Below are positions 35,575-45,988 of a stretch of 64,000 bases of DNA, one piece after another. Origin of the DNA: Candidatus Zipacnadia bacterium (lineage in GTDB: Bacteria; Armatimonadota; Zipacnadia; Zipacnadales; UBA5352); NCBI GenBank assembly GCA_029821635.1, contig JALGSW010000042.1, positions 19,202 to 83,201 of the forward strand, written 5' to 3'. Positions within the stretch are counted from its first letter, which is position 1. Every line of letters starts with the position of its first letter. The notes beneath the pieces were generated by a model. It saw nothing but the letters and a program-made list of their open reading frames with translations, did not search any database and was not told where the DNA came from. A program made the position numbers and the translations under genes.

Positions 35575-38262
35575 TCACTCCGCGCCGATCTCCATGACCT
35601 CAAAGCCGCGCGCGAGGATGGTGGCGGTAGCCTGCTCGTGCCCCGCGATCCCCGTCTCCAGCGTCACCGTCTGCTCGTCCTCCGAGATGTTCGCGAGCAC
35701 GATCGCGGTCGAGCCGTCCGGCGCGCGCCACGCGGAACACAGCACCGCCGGGAGCTCCGCTACGAACGCGGCCTTGTACCGCCACGTCGAGCGCACCGTC
35801 GGCAGCTCGGAGACGATGCGCGGCTCGGGCAGCATCTCCCCGAAGAGCAGCCACGGCTTCGCGCGCTGCCACGTCTGCACGAGCGTGCGGTACCACGCCG
35901 CCGCCTCGGGAGCGTAGGTTGGCAGGTCCGGGCGCACCCAGCCGGGCTGGATACCGAGCACCAGCGCCTGCGCCTGCGCCGTGATGAACTCGTCGATTTT
36001 GACATCGCCGGCCTGCTCGTCCTCGGGGTAGTTGCGCAGCATCGACGAGGCGTCGTACCACTTGCCCACCGGCCGCCCCTGGCAGACGGAGTAGTCGTGG
36101 TAGACCGCCTGCCATAGCGGGATGTTGTCCGGGTAGCGCGAGCCGTAGGTGAAGTTGAGATCGTTGAGGTCGATGTAGACCTCGCACGGCTCCTCGCCGC
36201 CGGTGAAGAAGTCCGGCTCGATCGGCTCGCAGGCCGCGCGCAGCTTGCGCAGCATCTCCCGGCGGCCCTGCACCCAGTGGTTGCCCGGCCCCGGCTCGTG
36301 CCCGTGCTCGGTGGCGTAGCACGGGGCGGCGCCCGCGGTGCCGAGCTCGTCGAGGTAGAGGCCCGTCACGCCCTGCTGCACGAAGCCCGCGCAGTAGCCA
36401 GCGAAGTAGTCCTGCCAGTGCTCGGAGGCCGGGCACATCACGGCGGTCGCGCCCTCCTTGATCGGCTCGGTGACGACCTGGCCCTGCGCGTTGATGACCG
36501 CGGCGCTGGCGAGGTCGAGCGTCTGCCACTCGGGGATGCCGGTGTCGAAGCGCCGGATGTTCGTGTAGGGAATGACCGGCACGCCCGCGTCCTCGACCGC
36601 CGCGATCGTTTCCTCAAACTGGCGCGGCCACGTCTGCCGACCGTGCGCGACGTCGAAGGCCGGCAGCATCCACGTCGTCCACCACCAGCCCACCGGGACG
36701 CCGAAGTAATCCTCGAAGTCCTCGGCGAGCTTGCGGTTGCGCTCAAGGGCCAGCGGCGGGTACTGCTCGCGAAGCTCATCGGGCGTCAGCGCCCGCACCT
36801 CGGTCAGGCTGCGCTCGGGCGGGCGCGTCCAGTCGGTCTTGTCCCGCGCGATGTGCCCGACCATCCACACGTCCGTGTCAGTCACCGGCGCCGGCACGTC
36901 GCGCTCGGCGAGCGTCCCGGCCCGGCACCACTCCTGCTCCGTGGCCCACTGCCGGTAGAGGCGCGCGGCCTCATACCAGCCGCCCGTGACCGGACCGATG
37001 GCGACCGGGTAGGGCGTGGACCACTGGCGAGCGCCCGCGGGTGGCTGGTGCTCCACTGAGTAGCGGAGGCCCGCCGTCACCTCCGCGCTCATGTTCAGCA
37101 CCTTCAGGTGCCCGGCGCCATCGTGCGGCGCGAGGTAGAGGCCGCCCTGCGGGTCGGTGAGCGCCATCAGTTGCATGCTTGCGCCCGAGGAGGGGTAGCG
37201 CGCGGCGACGGCCGTCGGGTTGCTGAAGGGGTCGCGGATGAGCGCGCCGATGCCGCGCGGCCAGGCGAGCGAGTCATCGGTCGGGTCGCCGCCCAGCGGG
37301 AGGATCTCCGCGAGCACCGGGAAGCGCAGCGATGCCAGCTCATACGCCTCGTCGTGCAGCGTGACTTCGCAGGTCAGGCGCGCGAGCGGATCGCCGGCCA
37401 CCACGGTTGCGCTCACGGTCACGTCCAGCACCGGCCTGCCATCGACCGCCACGCCCTGCCATGTCAGCGTCGCGCCGCTCGCGGCCCCCCCCGGCTGCGG
37501 CTGCGCCGAGAGCTGCGCGCCATCATCGGGGGTGATCCGCAGCATCCCGCCCTCCGGCCCGCGCAGCGCGACCTCCCAGAGGTTCACGCCCGGCAGGATG
37601 CCATCGGGGCCCTCGAGATACGCCCGCCCGTCGGGCACGCGCAGGTCGCGGATCTGCACGCGGGCGCCTGCCGCCACGAAACGCATCGCGACGGCATCGC
37701 AGCCGATCGCGATCAGTTCGCGGGCGGGCGCGTGCTCCGGCGCCTCGGCCCAGAACTCGATGTCATCGAAGAGCACGTCGGCGGTCGAGTCGTAGCTCAG
37801 CGCCCACGCGCCAAGGTGCGCGATGGGCTTGTCCGGCACGAAGGTGTGCTCCATGAGCACCCACTCGCCGACGCGCTCGACGCTCGTGTTCGCGAACAGC
37901 CCGACGCCGGTTCCGTCCATGTTGCGGCCGTAGAGGTCGATGCACTGCAGGGCGTTCGGGTCGGTCGCGCCGCGCTTCACGCGGTAGCGCAGGTGCACCG
38001 GCCGCGGCTCATCCTGGTTGAGCTGCACCGAGGGCTGGTAGGCGCGGACCTTCGCCGCCGAGGGGTTCGTGAGCCGCAAAGCGCCCTCGCCGGAGGCGAC
38101 GTCCTCGGTCTCCAGCACGATCTCCCCGGGCGCACCGCCGCCCCAGAAGCGCCAACCGTCGAGGCCGTCCTCGAAGCCGGGGTTGCGGACGAGGTTGCGC
38201 TGTGCGAACGCGGGTACGGCGATGGCGCAGATGATGAAGGCGATGGTGAGCGTGCGGCGCAT
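35575..38262 (-). CDS. secreted CBM4/9-like carbohydrate-binding domain + putative glycoside hydrolase (895 aa)
   Basis: Signal peptide MRRTLTIAFIICAIAVPAFA. NLVRNPGFEDGLDGW start of a CBM_4_9-type domain. Large C-terminal catalytic-like region of unknown family. Confidence 0.6.
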   Translation of the reverse strand: MRRTLTIAFIICAIAVPAFAQRNLVRNPGFEDGLDGWRFWGGGAPGEIVLETEDVASGEGALRLTNPSAAKVRAYQPSVQLNQDEPRPVHLRYRVKRGATDPNALQCIDLYGRNMDGTGVGLFANTSVERVGEWVLMEHTFVPDKPIAHLGAWALSYDSTADVLFDDIEFWAEAPEHAPARELIAIGCDAVAMRFVAAGARVQIRDLRVPDGRAYLEGPDGILPGVNLWEVALRGPEGGMLRITPDDGAQLSAQPQPGGAASGATLTWQGVAVDGRPVLDVTVSATVVAGDPLARLTCEVTLHDEAYELASLRFPVLAEILPLGGDPTDDSLAWPRGIGALIRDPFSNPTAVAARYPSSGASMQLMALTDPQGGLYLAPHDGAGHLKVLNMSAEVTAGLRYSVEHQPPAGARQWSTPYPVAIGPVTGGWYEAARLYRQWATEQEWCRAGTLAERDVPAPVTDTDVWMVGHIARDKTDWTRPPERSLTEVRALTPDELREQYPPLALERNRKLAEDFEDYFGVPVGWWWTTWMLPAFDVAHGRQTWPRQFEETIAAVEDAGVPVIPYTNIRRFDTGIPEWQTLDLASAAVINAQGQVVTEPIKEGATAVMCPASEHWQDYFAGYCAGFVQQGVTGLYLDELGTAGAAPCYATEHGHEPGPGNHWVQGRREMLRKLRAACEPIEPDFFTGGEEPCEVYIDLNDLNFTYGSRYPDNIPLWQAVYHDYSVCQGRPVGKWYDASSMLRNYPEDEQAGDVKIDEFITAQAQALVLGIQPGWVRPDLPTYAPEAAAWYRTLVQTWQRAKPWLLFGEMLPEPRIVSELPTVRSTWRYKAAFVAELPAVLCSAWRAPDGSTAIVLANISEDEQTVTLETGIAGHEQATATILARGFEVMEIGAE

Positions 38263-38421
38263 GGCTGGACCTCCGCGCGGTAGTGCTTGGCGACGGAAGG
38301 AGGTTCGCTCGCAGGCGGCGGAAGGCCTTCAGAGCGTCCGCACCACGGGGGAAGGCCGCCGGGCTCGGCGAAGCGAACCGTCCCGAGCATCCATCCGACG
38401 AGCGAGGGACGGTGGTGAGTC

Positions 38422-39528
38422 ATGGCGCTGAGCGTGGGCGCAGTGGGCTGCGGGGCGTTCGGGAAGCACTTCATCGAGCTGATCCGGGACCACCCGGAGG
38501 TCGATCGGATCGCGCTGTGCGACCTCGACGCGGACAAGCTGGCCAGCTGCGCGAAGAAGTTCGGAATCGAGGAGTGCTACCCGAGCCTCGATGATCTGCT
38601 CAAGACCGACATCGACGCGGTGATGATCTTCACGCAGCCGTGGCTGCACGCGCCGCAGGCCATCGCGGCGATGGAGACGGGCAAGCACGCCTACACCGCG
38701 GTGCCGATCATCGCGCTCTCCGACGGCGATGAGATGCTCGAGTGGTGCGACAGGGTCGTCGAAGCCGCCGGGCGCACCGGCCAGCTCTACATGATGGGCG
38801 AGACGACCTGCTACCGCGCGGAAAGCATCTTCTGCCGCCGCAAGGCCGCCGCGGGCGAGTTCGGCCACTTCGCATACTCCGAGGGCCACTACCTGCACGA
38901 CATCTCGCACAACCTCAAGAACGTGGCGATGTGGCGCTGGGGCGCGCAGTGGAACGACAGCAAGCGCGGCGGCATCCCTATGCACTACCCGACACACTCC
39001 ACCGGCGGGATCATCGACATCACCGGCGCGCACATGACCCACGTCTCGGCGATGGGCTACGCGATGCCCGACGAGGACTGGCACCTGCCCGACACGACCT
39101 CCGGGAACATCTACGGCGACATGATCGGTCTGTACAGGATGAGCGACGGCTCCGTCGCGCGAATCGCGGAGATGCGCCGGATCGGCACCCCCTGCCAGGA
39201 GACCTTCCGGCTCTACGGCACCGAGGGCGCGTTCGAGCGCAACTTCAGCGGCGCGACATGGCTGACGAAGAAGACGCAGGAGCCGGTGGACCTCGGCGAG
39301 GTCGCGGACCCACTGCCCGAGGCGCTCAGCGCGAACAAGGGCGGCCACGGTGGCTCGCACGCCTACCTCGTGCACGAGTTCGTGAGCGCGTGCCTCGAGG
39401 AGCGCCAGCCGCGGGTGAACGCGTGGCAGGCGGCGCGTTTCCTGGCGCCGGGCGTGATGGCGTACAAGTCCGTCCAGCGCGACGGCGAGCTGCTGGCGGT
39501 ACCCGATTGGGGCGACGCGCCGGAGTGA
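38422..39528 (+). CDS. Gfo/Idh/MocA family NAD(P)-dependent oxidoreductase
   Basis: Rossmann motif VGAVGCGAFGK at the N-terminus. Family-typical length. Confidence 0.85.
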   Translation: MALSVGAVGCGAFGKHFIELIRDHPEVDRIALCDLDADKLASCAKKFGIEECYPSLDDLLKTDIDAVMIFTQPWLHAPQAIAAMETGKHAYTAVPIIALSDGDEMLEWCDRVVEAAGRTGQLYMMGETTCYRAESIFCRRKAAAGEFGHFAYSEGHYLHDISHNLKNVAMWRWGAQWNDSKRGGIPMHYPTHSTGGIIDITGAHMTHVSAMGYAMPDEDWHLPDTTSGNIYGDMIGLYRMSDGSVARIAEMRRIGTPCQETFRLYGTEGAFERNFSGATWLTKKTQEPVDLGEVADPLPEALSANKGGHGGSHAYLVHEFVSACLEERQPRVNAWQAARFLAPGVMAYKSVQRDGELLAVPDWGDAPE

Positions 39529-39552
39529 CGGCGGACGGCTGTGTGTCGTTCG

Positions 39553-39576
39553 TAGGACAGGCTTTCCAGCCTGTCA
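39553..39576. repeat. family A palindromic element (inverted orientation)
   Basis: cgttcgtaggacaggctttccagcctgtcag. Same 31-mer as at 40304-40334. Confidence 0.85.
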
Positions 39577-39615
39577 GTCGTAGACCGCTGCCCGGCAGAC
39601 GCTGGAGAAGCCCGC

Positions 39616-40287
39616 ATGAACCGCACACTTGCGATAATCCTCGGTGTGGGCCTGGGACTGGCGCTGCTCGGCGCCGGCGCGTGGGTCTTCGCGCGTGAGG
39701 ACGTCCGCGACCTGCGCCTGCAGATCGTCCGCAACGTGGACCCCGGCGCCTTCGAGCAGCAGTCCCGGGCGCTCTTCGAGCAGCGCTACCCCGATGAGAA
39801 GCCGCTCAACTGGGCGATCGCCGATACCGCCGAACGCTTCTACCACGAGCAGCCGATGGGCCGCTTCGTCCTGCACGAGAATGACTGCTCGGACTTCGTC
39901 GGCTGCATCATCGACGAGGCGCTCGGCGCAGACGCGCGCTTCAACCGCGACAGTGACGAGCACGCGCTCTGCGGCGAGGGCGGCTCAACGCCACGCGCGC
40001 TCTTCGACATCCGGAGGCTGCCAGAGAGGGGGGCGGTCCAGCCGGGCGACATTGTGCACGTGCGGCATTCGCCGTGGTACGCACCACACGAGGACTCGAT
40101 CGGGCACGTCGGCGTCGTCGGTCCGGACGGGCGCGTGATCGACTTCACGAAGCTCAAGAGCTGGTCCAGCGCGCGCTACAACCAGGTGGAGTTCGACTTC
40201 TTCATCCAGAACAACGCGCCGGACGAGGTGAGGATCGGAAGGCTGCGGCCGGAGTTCCGCTACCGGGTGCTGGATATACGGCAGTGA
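39616..40287 (+). CDS. membrane-anchored NlpC/P60-like papain-fold hydrolase (putative)
   Basis: N-terminal TM anchor. HENDCSDFVGC catalytic-Cys context and downstream His (IGHVGVV) resemble NlpC/P60/CHAP-type enzymes. Confidence 0.5.
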   Translation: MNRTLAIILGVGLGLALLGAGAWVFAREDVRDLRLQIVRNVDPGAFEQQSRALFEQRYPDEKPLNWAIADTAERFYHEQPMGRFVLHENDCSDFVGCIIDEALGADARFNRDSDEHALCGEGGSTPRALFDIRRLPERGAVQPGDIVHVRHSPWYAPHEDSIGHVGVVGPDGRVIDFTKLKSWSSARYNQVEFDFFIQNNAPDEVRIGRLRPEFRYRVLDIRQ

Positions 40288-40309
40288 GGGCACCGGCCCT
40301 GCGTCGTTC

Positions 40310-40333
40310 GTAGGACAGGCTTTCCAGCCTGTC
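40310..40333. repeat. family A palindromic element; supplies the stop codon of gene 40332..42011
   Basis: cgttcgtaggacaggctttccagcctgtcag. Confidence 0.85.
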
Positions 40334-42011
40334 AGTTGTTGACGTCCGTCCCGGCCCTCAGCTCCGGCACCGCCCCCGCTTCCGGGAAGCGATAGATCAC
40401 CAGCGCCCCGGTGTCGTGCACCGCTTGCAGCCACGAGAGCCCCCGCAGCGCGCTCGCCTGTCCCGGCGTCGCCGCTACCCAGCCGCAGCCGGACTCGCGC
40501 AAGATCTCCCTACGCCGCGCCTGCGCGGTGCCCGGCGCGAAGAACTCCTCCGCCAGCGCCTGCTTGCCCTGCGGATCGACCGTTACCTGCAGATGCCCGA
40601 CGGACACATGCCGCAGCGCGTAGCGACAGCAGTACTGCCCCACGGTCATGCTCGTGAACACGCGCGCGTCCGGCGGGGTGTTGGCCTCGATCCACTCGAA
40701 GCCCTGGAGCATCCCGAGCGGGATGCGCGCCTGCTGCGCCCGCGCCCCGTGAACCAGCAGCATCACGTTCGTCGGTAGGATCGCGACCAGCAGTAGCACG
40801 AGCGCGAGTCTGCGCGCGCGGCCCTCCGAGCCGGCCAGTCGGTCGCGCAACCACGGCAACACGCACCCGGCCATGCCCGCGCCGGCGAGCAGAGCCAGGG
40901 GGATATGTATTCCCTCGACCGCGCGGCGCTCGAAGGGCACCAGGGGATAGGAGTAGGCCATCAGCACGCTGACGAGCGCCCAGAGCACGAGGAATTGCCC
41001 GACCGGCGGCGCAGGCGGAACGTCGTCGGCGGGCTCCCTGCGCATGGCGCCGCGCCCGAGGATCGCCAGCGGCAGCACGATGCCCATGCCGATCAGGTAG
41101 ACGTGCAGCGCGGGCGAGCGCAGCAGGTTCTGCTCCGACCACACCGCCACCATCGGATGCGTCTTCGACTGCAGCGCGTACGCGGCCGCCGGGATCGTCG
41201 CGCCCGCCAGCGCCCACGCGTTGACGGCCACCGTGCGCGCGGGGACGCGCGCCAGTGCGCAGACCGCGGTGTGCAGCACCAGCAGCGGCCCCCAGACCAC
41301 GATGTCGTAGGGATGCACCGCGATCAGCAGCAGCGCCCAGCCGGCCGCGGCGAAGCTGAGGCGCATCGACGGCGCGCGCCAGGCCCTCAGCAGCGTCAGC
41401 GCCAACAGCGCCATCAGGCACAGCGTGAGCGTGAAGTGCGGCAGCAGGAATGAGTGATACGCCCAGAGCTCGGGCATGAGGTCGGCGGAGAAGATGACGG
41501 TGCGGCCCGCGAGGGCGTTGATTACGTCGCAGATCGCCCCGAAGCCACTGCCCAGCGCGCCGATCGCGAAGGCGAAGAGGCGCGCGTTGGGGTCGCGGAA
41601 GACCTCACTGATCAGCCGCCAGAGGATCAACAGATAGGCGAAGGCGAGGGCGACGGCGACGATGCGGTAGAGGATGATCGGCGGGATGGGGATGATGCGC
41701 GCGAGCATCCCGAGCGCGACCCACTGCGGGCCGACGAACATCGGCGGCGCCTGCTCGGCGGTCGCGAGGTTGTCCATGAGCACGCCCCCGGCCTGCGCCT
41801 GGCGTGCCCACATCAGGTAGAGGTTCTGATCGTTGTGCGCCTCGACGAAGCCGGTGAAGACCTCATCCGCGGGGCAGGTGAGCGCCTGCCACGCGTGCGG
41901 AATCGCCGATGACAGCGCCAGCGCGACGCTCAGCGCGAGCACCCAGCGCGGCCAGGCAGGAGTTCTGTCGGCAGTCGTGCCGCTCACCCGCGCGGGCTCC
42001 TCCCATCCCAC
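40332..42011 (-). CDS. polytopic membrane protein, GT-C-like glycosyltransferase candidate
   Basis: ~11 TM helices with an early periplasmic DE motif (PADEVFTGF) and a soluble C-terminal domain. The stop codon is provided by a family A repeat. Confidence 0.45.
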   Translation of the reverse strand: MGWEEPARVSGTTADRTPAWPRWVLALSVALALSSAIPHAWQALTCPADEVFTGFVEAHNDQNLYLMWARQAQAGGVLMDNLATAEQAPPMFVGPQWVALGMLARIIPIPPIILYRIVAVALAFAYLLILWRLISEVFRDPNARLFAFAIGALGSGFGAICDVINALAGRTVIFSADLMPELWAYHSFLLPHFTLTLCLMALLALTLLRAWRAPSMRLSFAAAGWALLLIAVHPYDIVVWGPLLVLHTAVCALARVPARTVAVNAWALAGATIPAAAYALQSKTHPMVAVWSEQNLLRSPALHVYLIGMGIVLPLAILGRGAMRREPADDVPPAPPVGQFLVLWALVSVLMAYSYPLVPFERRAVEGIHIPLALLAGAGMAGCVLPWLRDRLAGSEGRARRLALVLLLVAILPTNVMLLVHGARAQQARIPLGMLQGFEWIEANTPPDARVFTSMTVGQYCCRYALRHVSVGHLQVTVDPQGKQALAEEFFAPGTAQARRREILRESGCGWVAATPGQASALRGLSWLQAVHDTGALVIYRFPEAGAVPELRAGTDVNN

Positions 42012-44122
42012 TCTTCGCCGAAGCTCCTCGGCTTGTTGCCACCGCCCCGCGGGATGTTCGGCTTGAACTCCACCGATGACAGCCAGCCGACGAAGGGCCG
42101 TGCGAGCTGCATCGAGAGCACGCGGAACTCGCCCGGGCCAAGCGTCACGAAGACCACCGGGCGGTTGAGGGCGACGGCGTCATCGCTGTAGTGGAAGGCG
42201 CCGACGTAGCCGCGTCGGACGCCTTCGGGGCCGACCGACACCGTGTGCACGTCGAGCGGCTGCGTGCGCGGCTCGAAGATCAGGTCCACCGGCGCGCCGG
42301 TGTTGTTCCACAGCGCGAGGATCCCCTCGTCATTGCGTATGAAGGGCCGGAAGCCGACGGACGCCGTCGGGGCGCTGCCGATCTCCGGAGACTGCTTGAG
42401 GATCGACACCGGGATCGCCGCCGCCAACTCGCGCGAAAGCTCGCAGTAGGCCTCACCAACCGGCCCGCGCAGCTCGCCCGCGGCGTCGAGGAGCGTCCAT
42501 GCGTCCGCGCCCTCGGGAGCGTCTTCGGGTCGTGCGGCGATCGTCCAGCCCGTGGCGCCCTGCCACGCGCAGACCGCCAGCGTGCGCGCCAGCAGCGCCG
42601 CATCGCACTCCGCCGAGCCGGTCGAGCGCGCGGCAAGGTCGGCGAAGAACATGGGCAGCCGGGCGCTCTGACGGATCGCCGCCGGCGCCTGGTCGATTTC
42701 GAGCGCGGCCGCGACCGCCGTCCAGCAGGGCTGGGGGCCGGTGACGTTCGCGCGATCGAGCATGACCTTGCGTGCCGGGCGGGCGCCGAGGATCGGCAGC
42801 CGCAGGGAGGGTGCGGAGATGTTGCCGCCACTGCCCAGCGTGGCCGCCACGGCGAGGTCCGCCTCCGCGATCGTGGGCGGCGGACCAGGCAGCAGGTCGG
42901 CGGGTGGGCCGAGGAGGAAGAGCGGGACCTGCGCATCATCGGCCGCCCGGCGCAGCGCGCGGGTCGGCGCCGCACCGTCGCCATCGGACTCCCCGCCGCG
43001 TGGGTAGTAGACGGCCGCGAACTCAGCCTCAGTCGGGATCCGGGTGACGGCGGTCGCCACTGCCTCCTCCGACCAGGGAGAGGGGAGCAGCCACAGGCGG
43101 GTCAGATCGCCGCGCAGGCCGGTCGCGGGTGCGGTCGCGATCAGCGGAACTCCCAGCGCAGGCAGCGCCGCGAGCAGCTCCGCGGGCGGCGCGGCCCCGA
43201 TGCAGGCGACGCCCGGCGCGGGATAGGACGGCACGACCTCGATCTCGACCGGCGCGGACGCTTCGGAGTCGTCGCTGCGGAAGGTCATGCGCGCCCGGAA
43301 GGTGCCGACGCGGAACGCCTGCAGTGAGGCCTCGAAGACCGTGTCCGCGCCGAGGCGGATGACGACGGTGCGCTCCGGCGCGAAGAAGCCTGGAGGGCCG
43401 GCGACCGCGACCGTCAGGTCTTTCTCCTTCATCGAGCGATTGCGCACGGCCAGGCGGATCGTGCCGCGATGGCCGCGCGCGGCCATCACCATCGGCGGCA
43501 TCGTGACCTCCAGCCCACCGACCTGCACGATCAGCTCCGAGGTGCCGGCGATTGGGCGCGAGATCGCATCGAGCAGCCCCTCGGGCTCCCAGCCCTCAGG
43601 CAGCGGCTCAGCGAAGATCGCAGCGTCCTCGAATGGCTCGGCGGCGGGCGGGTCGGTGGCGGCGACCGTGACGCTGTCGATCAGCCACGGCCCGCCACCC
43701 TCAACGCCGATCGCGACGGACGCGGGCGCACCCGGCGGAGGCAGCAGCTCGGCGGAGAGCGTGTGCCAGCCGGAGCCGGCGTCTTCGGCGCTGAGCGCCA
43801 CCTGCGCGGCGAGCTCGCCGGCATCGGGCGCGAGCGCAAGCAGCAGGCGCGACTGCGCACCCTTGCCGGGGCCCTTGACGCGCACTTCGACGCGCTGCCA
43901 GCCGGTGAGGGGCTGCTCGGATGCGCCTGAGCGCGCCCAGCCTCCGGGCAGCGAGAGCGCGCCGCGCGTGCCCTCATTCGCGCCGACCTCCGCGCCCTCG
44001 GGCAGCGCCCAGCCGGCGGCGCCGTCCGCGAACTCCGGGTTCGCCGGGAACTGCGCCCACGCGGCGGAGGCGGCGAGGGTGAGTGTGATGCTGATCGCGA
44101 GTGCGGCCCATCGGTCGGTCAT
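41984..44122 (-). CDS. secreted protein of unknown function (712 aa)
   Basis: Signal peptide MTDRWAALAISITLTLAASAAWAQ. No confident domain. Overlaps the downstream membrane-protein gene by 28 nt, suggesting an operon with the GspF-like gene. Confidence 0.5.
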   Translation of the reverse strand: MTDRWAALAISITLTLAASAAWAQFPANPEFADGAAGWALPEGAEVGANEGTRGALSLPGGWARSGASEQPLTGWQRVEVRVKGPGKGAQSRLLLALAPDAGELAAQVALSAEDAGSGWHTLSAELLPPPGAPASVAIGVEGGGPWLIDSVTVAATDPPAAEPFEDAAIFAEPLPEGWEPEGLLDAISRPIAGTSELIVQVGGLEVTMPPMVMAARGHRGTIRLAVRNRSMKEKDLTVAVAGPPGFFAPERTVVIRLGADTVFEASLQAFRVGTFRARMTFRSDDSEASAPVEIEVVPSYPAPGVACIGAAPPAELLAALPALGVPLIATAPATGLRGDLTRLWLLPSPWSEEAVATAVTRIPTEAEFAAVYYPRGGESDGDGAAPTRALRRAADDAQVPLFLLGPPADLLPGPPPTIAEADLAVAATLGSGGNISAPSLRLPILGARPARKVMLDRANVTGPQPCWTAVAAALEIDQAPAAIRQSARLPMFFADLAARSTGSAECDAALLARTLAVCAWQGATGWTIAARPEDAPEGADAWTLLDAAGELRGPVGEAYCELSRELAAAIPVSILKQSPEIGSAPTASVGFRPFIRNDEGILALWNNTGAPVDLIFEPRTQPLDVHTVSVGPEGVRRGYVGAFHYSDDAVALNRPVVFVTLGPGEFRVLSMQLARPFVGWLSSVEFKPNIPRGGGNKPRSFGEEWDGRSPRG

Positions 44123-44140
44123 GAGCGTAGGCTCCTCAGC

Positions 44141-45301
44141 TCAGACTCCGGCGCGCTCGAAGAGCGCCTCGTAGAAGTTGCGCCATGCGATCACCAGCGC
44201 GATCAGCGCCAGCACCGCGCTCCCCGCCAGCGCCGCCGCCGCCGTCCCCGCGGAGATCGCGTTGACGGACGACTCGCGCCGCTCGATCGCGTAGGCCACC
44301 GCCGCATCGAGCCTGCGCTCAAGCTCCCCCGTGCGCTCGCCGCCCGCGATCATCTGCCGGACGCGCTGAGGCAGGAAGCGCAGGTCCGCGACGGCGCCGT
44401 CGAGGCTCTCGCCCGCCCGCACCGCCGTAGCGGCCCGCGCGGCGGACGCGCGCATCGGCTCGTGGCCGGTCGCATCGGCCGCAAGGTCCAGCGCACGGTG
44501 GAATGTGACTCCGGCGCGCTGTGCCAGGTTCAGTGTGCGAAGAAACCGCGCCACTGCCGACCAGCGCGCCATCGAGCCGAAGACGGGGATCGCCATGGCC
44601 ACGCGCGAGCGCAGGTCGGCGAACACGCGGATCGCGTTGAGCGCGCGGAGGGCGTAGAGCAAGACGATCACGCCCGCAAGGATCGGGAGCAGGCGCGTGG
44701 CGGCCAGCTCGGCGTACCAGCGGAAGCCGCGCGCGATCATCCACGGGAAGGGCGCGACCAGCAGCGCCAGCACGAGCACCGCGCCGTAGTAGAGCCGCAG
44801 CCACTTGAGGCGGCCCTGCAGGCGCGCGTCGGTCTCGTACTGCTCGGCGAGCTCGCCGAGCATCTCCGGCAGCGCGCCAAGCTCCTCTCCGGCCTCAACG
44901 AAGCCCACCACGTGGCGCGGCAAGATCGCGGGGTAGCGCGCGATCTGCTCCGCGAGGCCCACGCCCTCGGCGGCCTGCTCGCTGATCTCGCGCGCCACGC
45001 GGCGCAGGCGGCGGTCGCCGAGGAGGTCGGAGAGCTCGTCGAAGGCGTCATGGGCATTCACGCCCGCGCGCAGCAGCGAGGCGAGCTGGGTGAAGAACTG
45101 CGCGAGGTGCGCGGACGAGACCGGGCGGAGGTAGTGGACAACGCTCGAGCCCCACGGTGACGCGCCGACCTCGGCGATGCGGACGGGGAAGAGGCCCTCG
45201 TCACGCAGCGCACGTGCGGCCTCACGCGAGTCGGCGGCGCGGATCGCCCCGCTGGTGCGCTCGCCGTCGCGGCTGTGCGCTTCGTACTGGAACTGAGGCA
45301 T
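44141..45301 (-). CDS. type II secretion / type IV pilus platform protein, GspF/PilC/TadC family
   Basis: ORF 44141..45370 trimmed to MPQFQYEAHSRDG (ATG 45299-45301). Two T2SSF repeats including the MIAGGERTGELERRL motif. No GspE/PilB ATPase gene nearby. Confidence 0.75.
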   Translation of the reverse strand: MPQFQYEAHSRDGERTSGAIRAADSREAARALRDEGLFPVRIAEVGASPWGSSVVHYLRPVSSAHLAQFFTQLASLLRAGVNAHDAFDELSDLLGDRRLRRVAREISEQAAEGVGLAEQIARYPAILPRHVVGFVEAGEELGALPEMLGELAEQYETDARLQGRLKWLRLYYGAVLVLALLVAPFPWMIARGFRWYAELAATRLLPILAGVIVLLYALRALNAIRVFADLRSRVAMAIPVFGSMARWSAVARFLRTLNLAQRAGVTFHRALDLAADATGHEPMRASAARAATAVRAGESLDGAVADLRFLPQRVRQMIAGGERTGELERRLDAAVAYAIERRESSVNAISAGTAAAALAGSAVLALIALVIAWRNFYEALFERAGV

Positions 45302-45496
45302 GATCGCCACCGGGTGCGGTGCGGATGCGCGCTCTGGGGGTATTGTAACGCGCGCGGGCCGAGGTTTCAACGCTGATGGTTCGGCGTGGGCGATCTGCCG
45401 GGGTTCTCAGAGGGCATGAGCGGCCTGGCGTTGAACTGCCTCAGTGCCGTGAGGTCAGTTCCGCAATTCCGCTGAAGTCACGAGCGCAGAGGGGAC

Positions 45497-45988
45497 GTGT
45501 TCGCGGTGATGGCCACACCGCACCTGCTTGCCAGCGCGGCCATCGGCCGGGGGCTGCAGCGGCGTCCCCTGCTGGCGGTCGCCACGGCCTTCGCGTTCCA
45601 CTTCGTCCTCGATGCCACGCCGCACCTTGACTCCAACGACCTCTTTGGCTCTCCCGCCGGTTTCACCGGCCTGGAGGTAGGCATCGCCATCGTGGACTTC
45701 GTGCTCGCCTGCGTCCTGATCGGCCTTCTGATCCGAGGGCGCGCATGGTGGAAGATGGCGCTGTGGGGCGCGTTCAGCGGCATCGTTCTCGACTTGGTGG
45801 ACACGATCCCGCCGGTGGGGCCGTGGTTCGTCGCCTGGCGCGGCACGGCGTGGCTCAATCGTCTCCATCACGGGATTCAGCCCGACGTGCCGTCCGACCA
45901 GTTGCTCCTCGGCTTTGGGACGCAGGCGGTGGTGATCGCGGTCAGCGCCTGGTTCCTGCTGCGGAGGGACCGCGATCAGGAGAAGTGA
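45497..45988 (+). CDS. DUF457/YdjM-like membrane-bound metal-dependent hydrolase (putative)
   Basis: MATPHLLASAAIG N-terminus typical of DUF457. 4 TM helices. The overlapping minus ORF 45455..46021 has antisense-like composition. Confidence 0.45.
   Translation: MFAVMATPHLLASAAIGRGLQRRPLLAVATAFAFHFVLDATPHLDSNDLFGSPAGFTGLEVGIAIVDFVLACVLIGLLIRGRAWWKMALWGAFSGIVLDLVDTIPPVGPWFVAWRGTAWLNRLHHGIQPDVPSDQLLLGFGTQAVVIAVSAWFLLRRDRDQEK

Noticed and set aside
45371-45496. Sigma-54-like TGGC…TGC motif upstream of the DUF457 gene
   Set aside because: The spacing between the GG and GC elements is off by one relative to the TGGCAC-N5-TTGC consensus, and no enhancer-binding protein gene is nearby.
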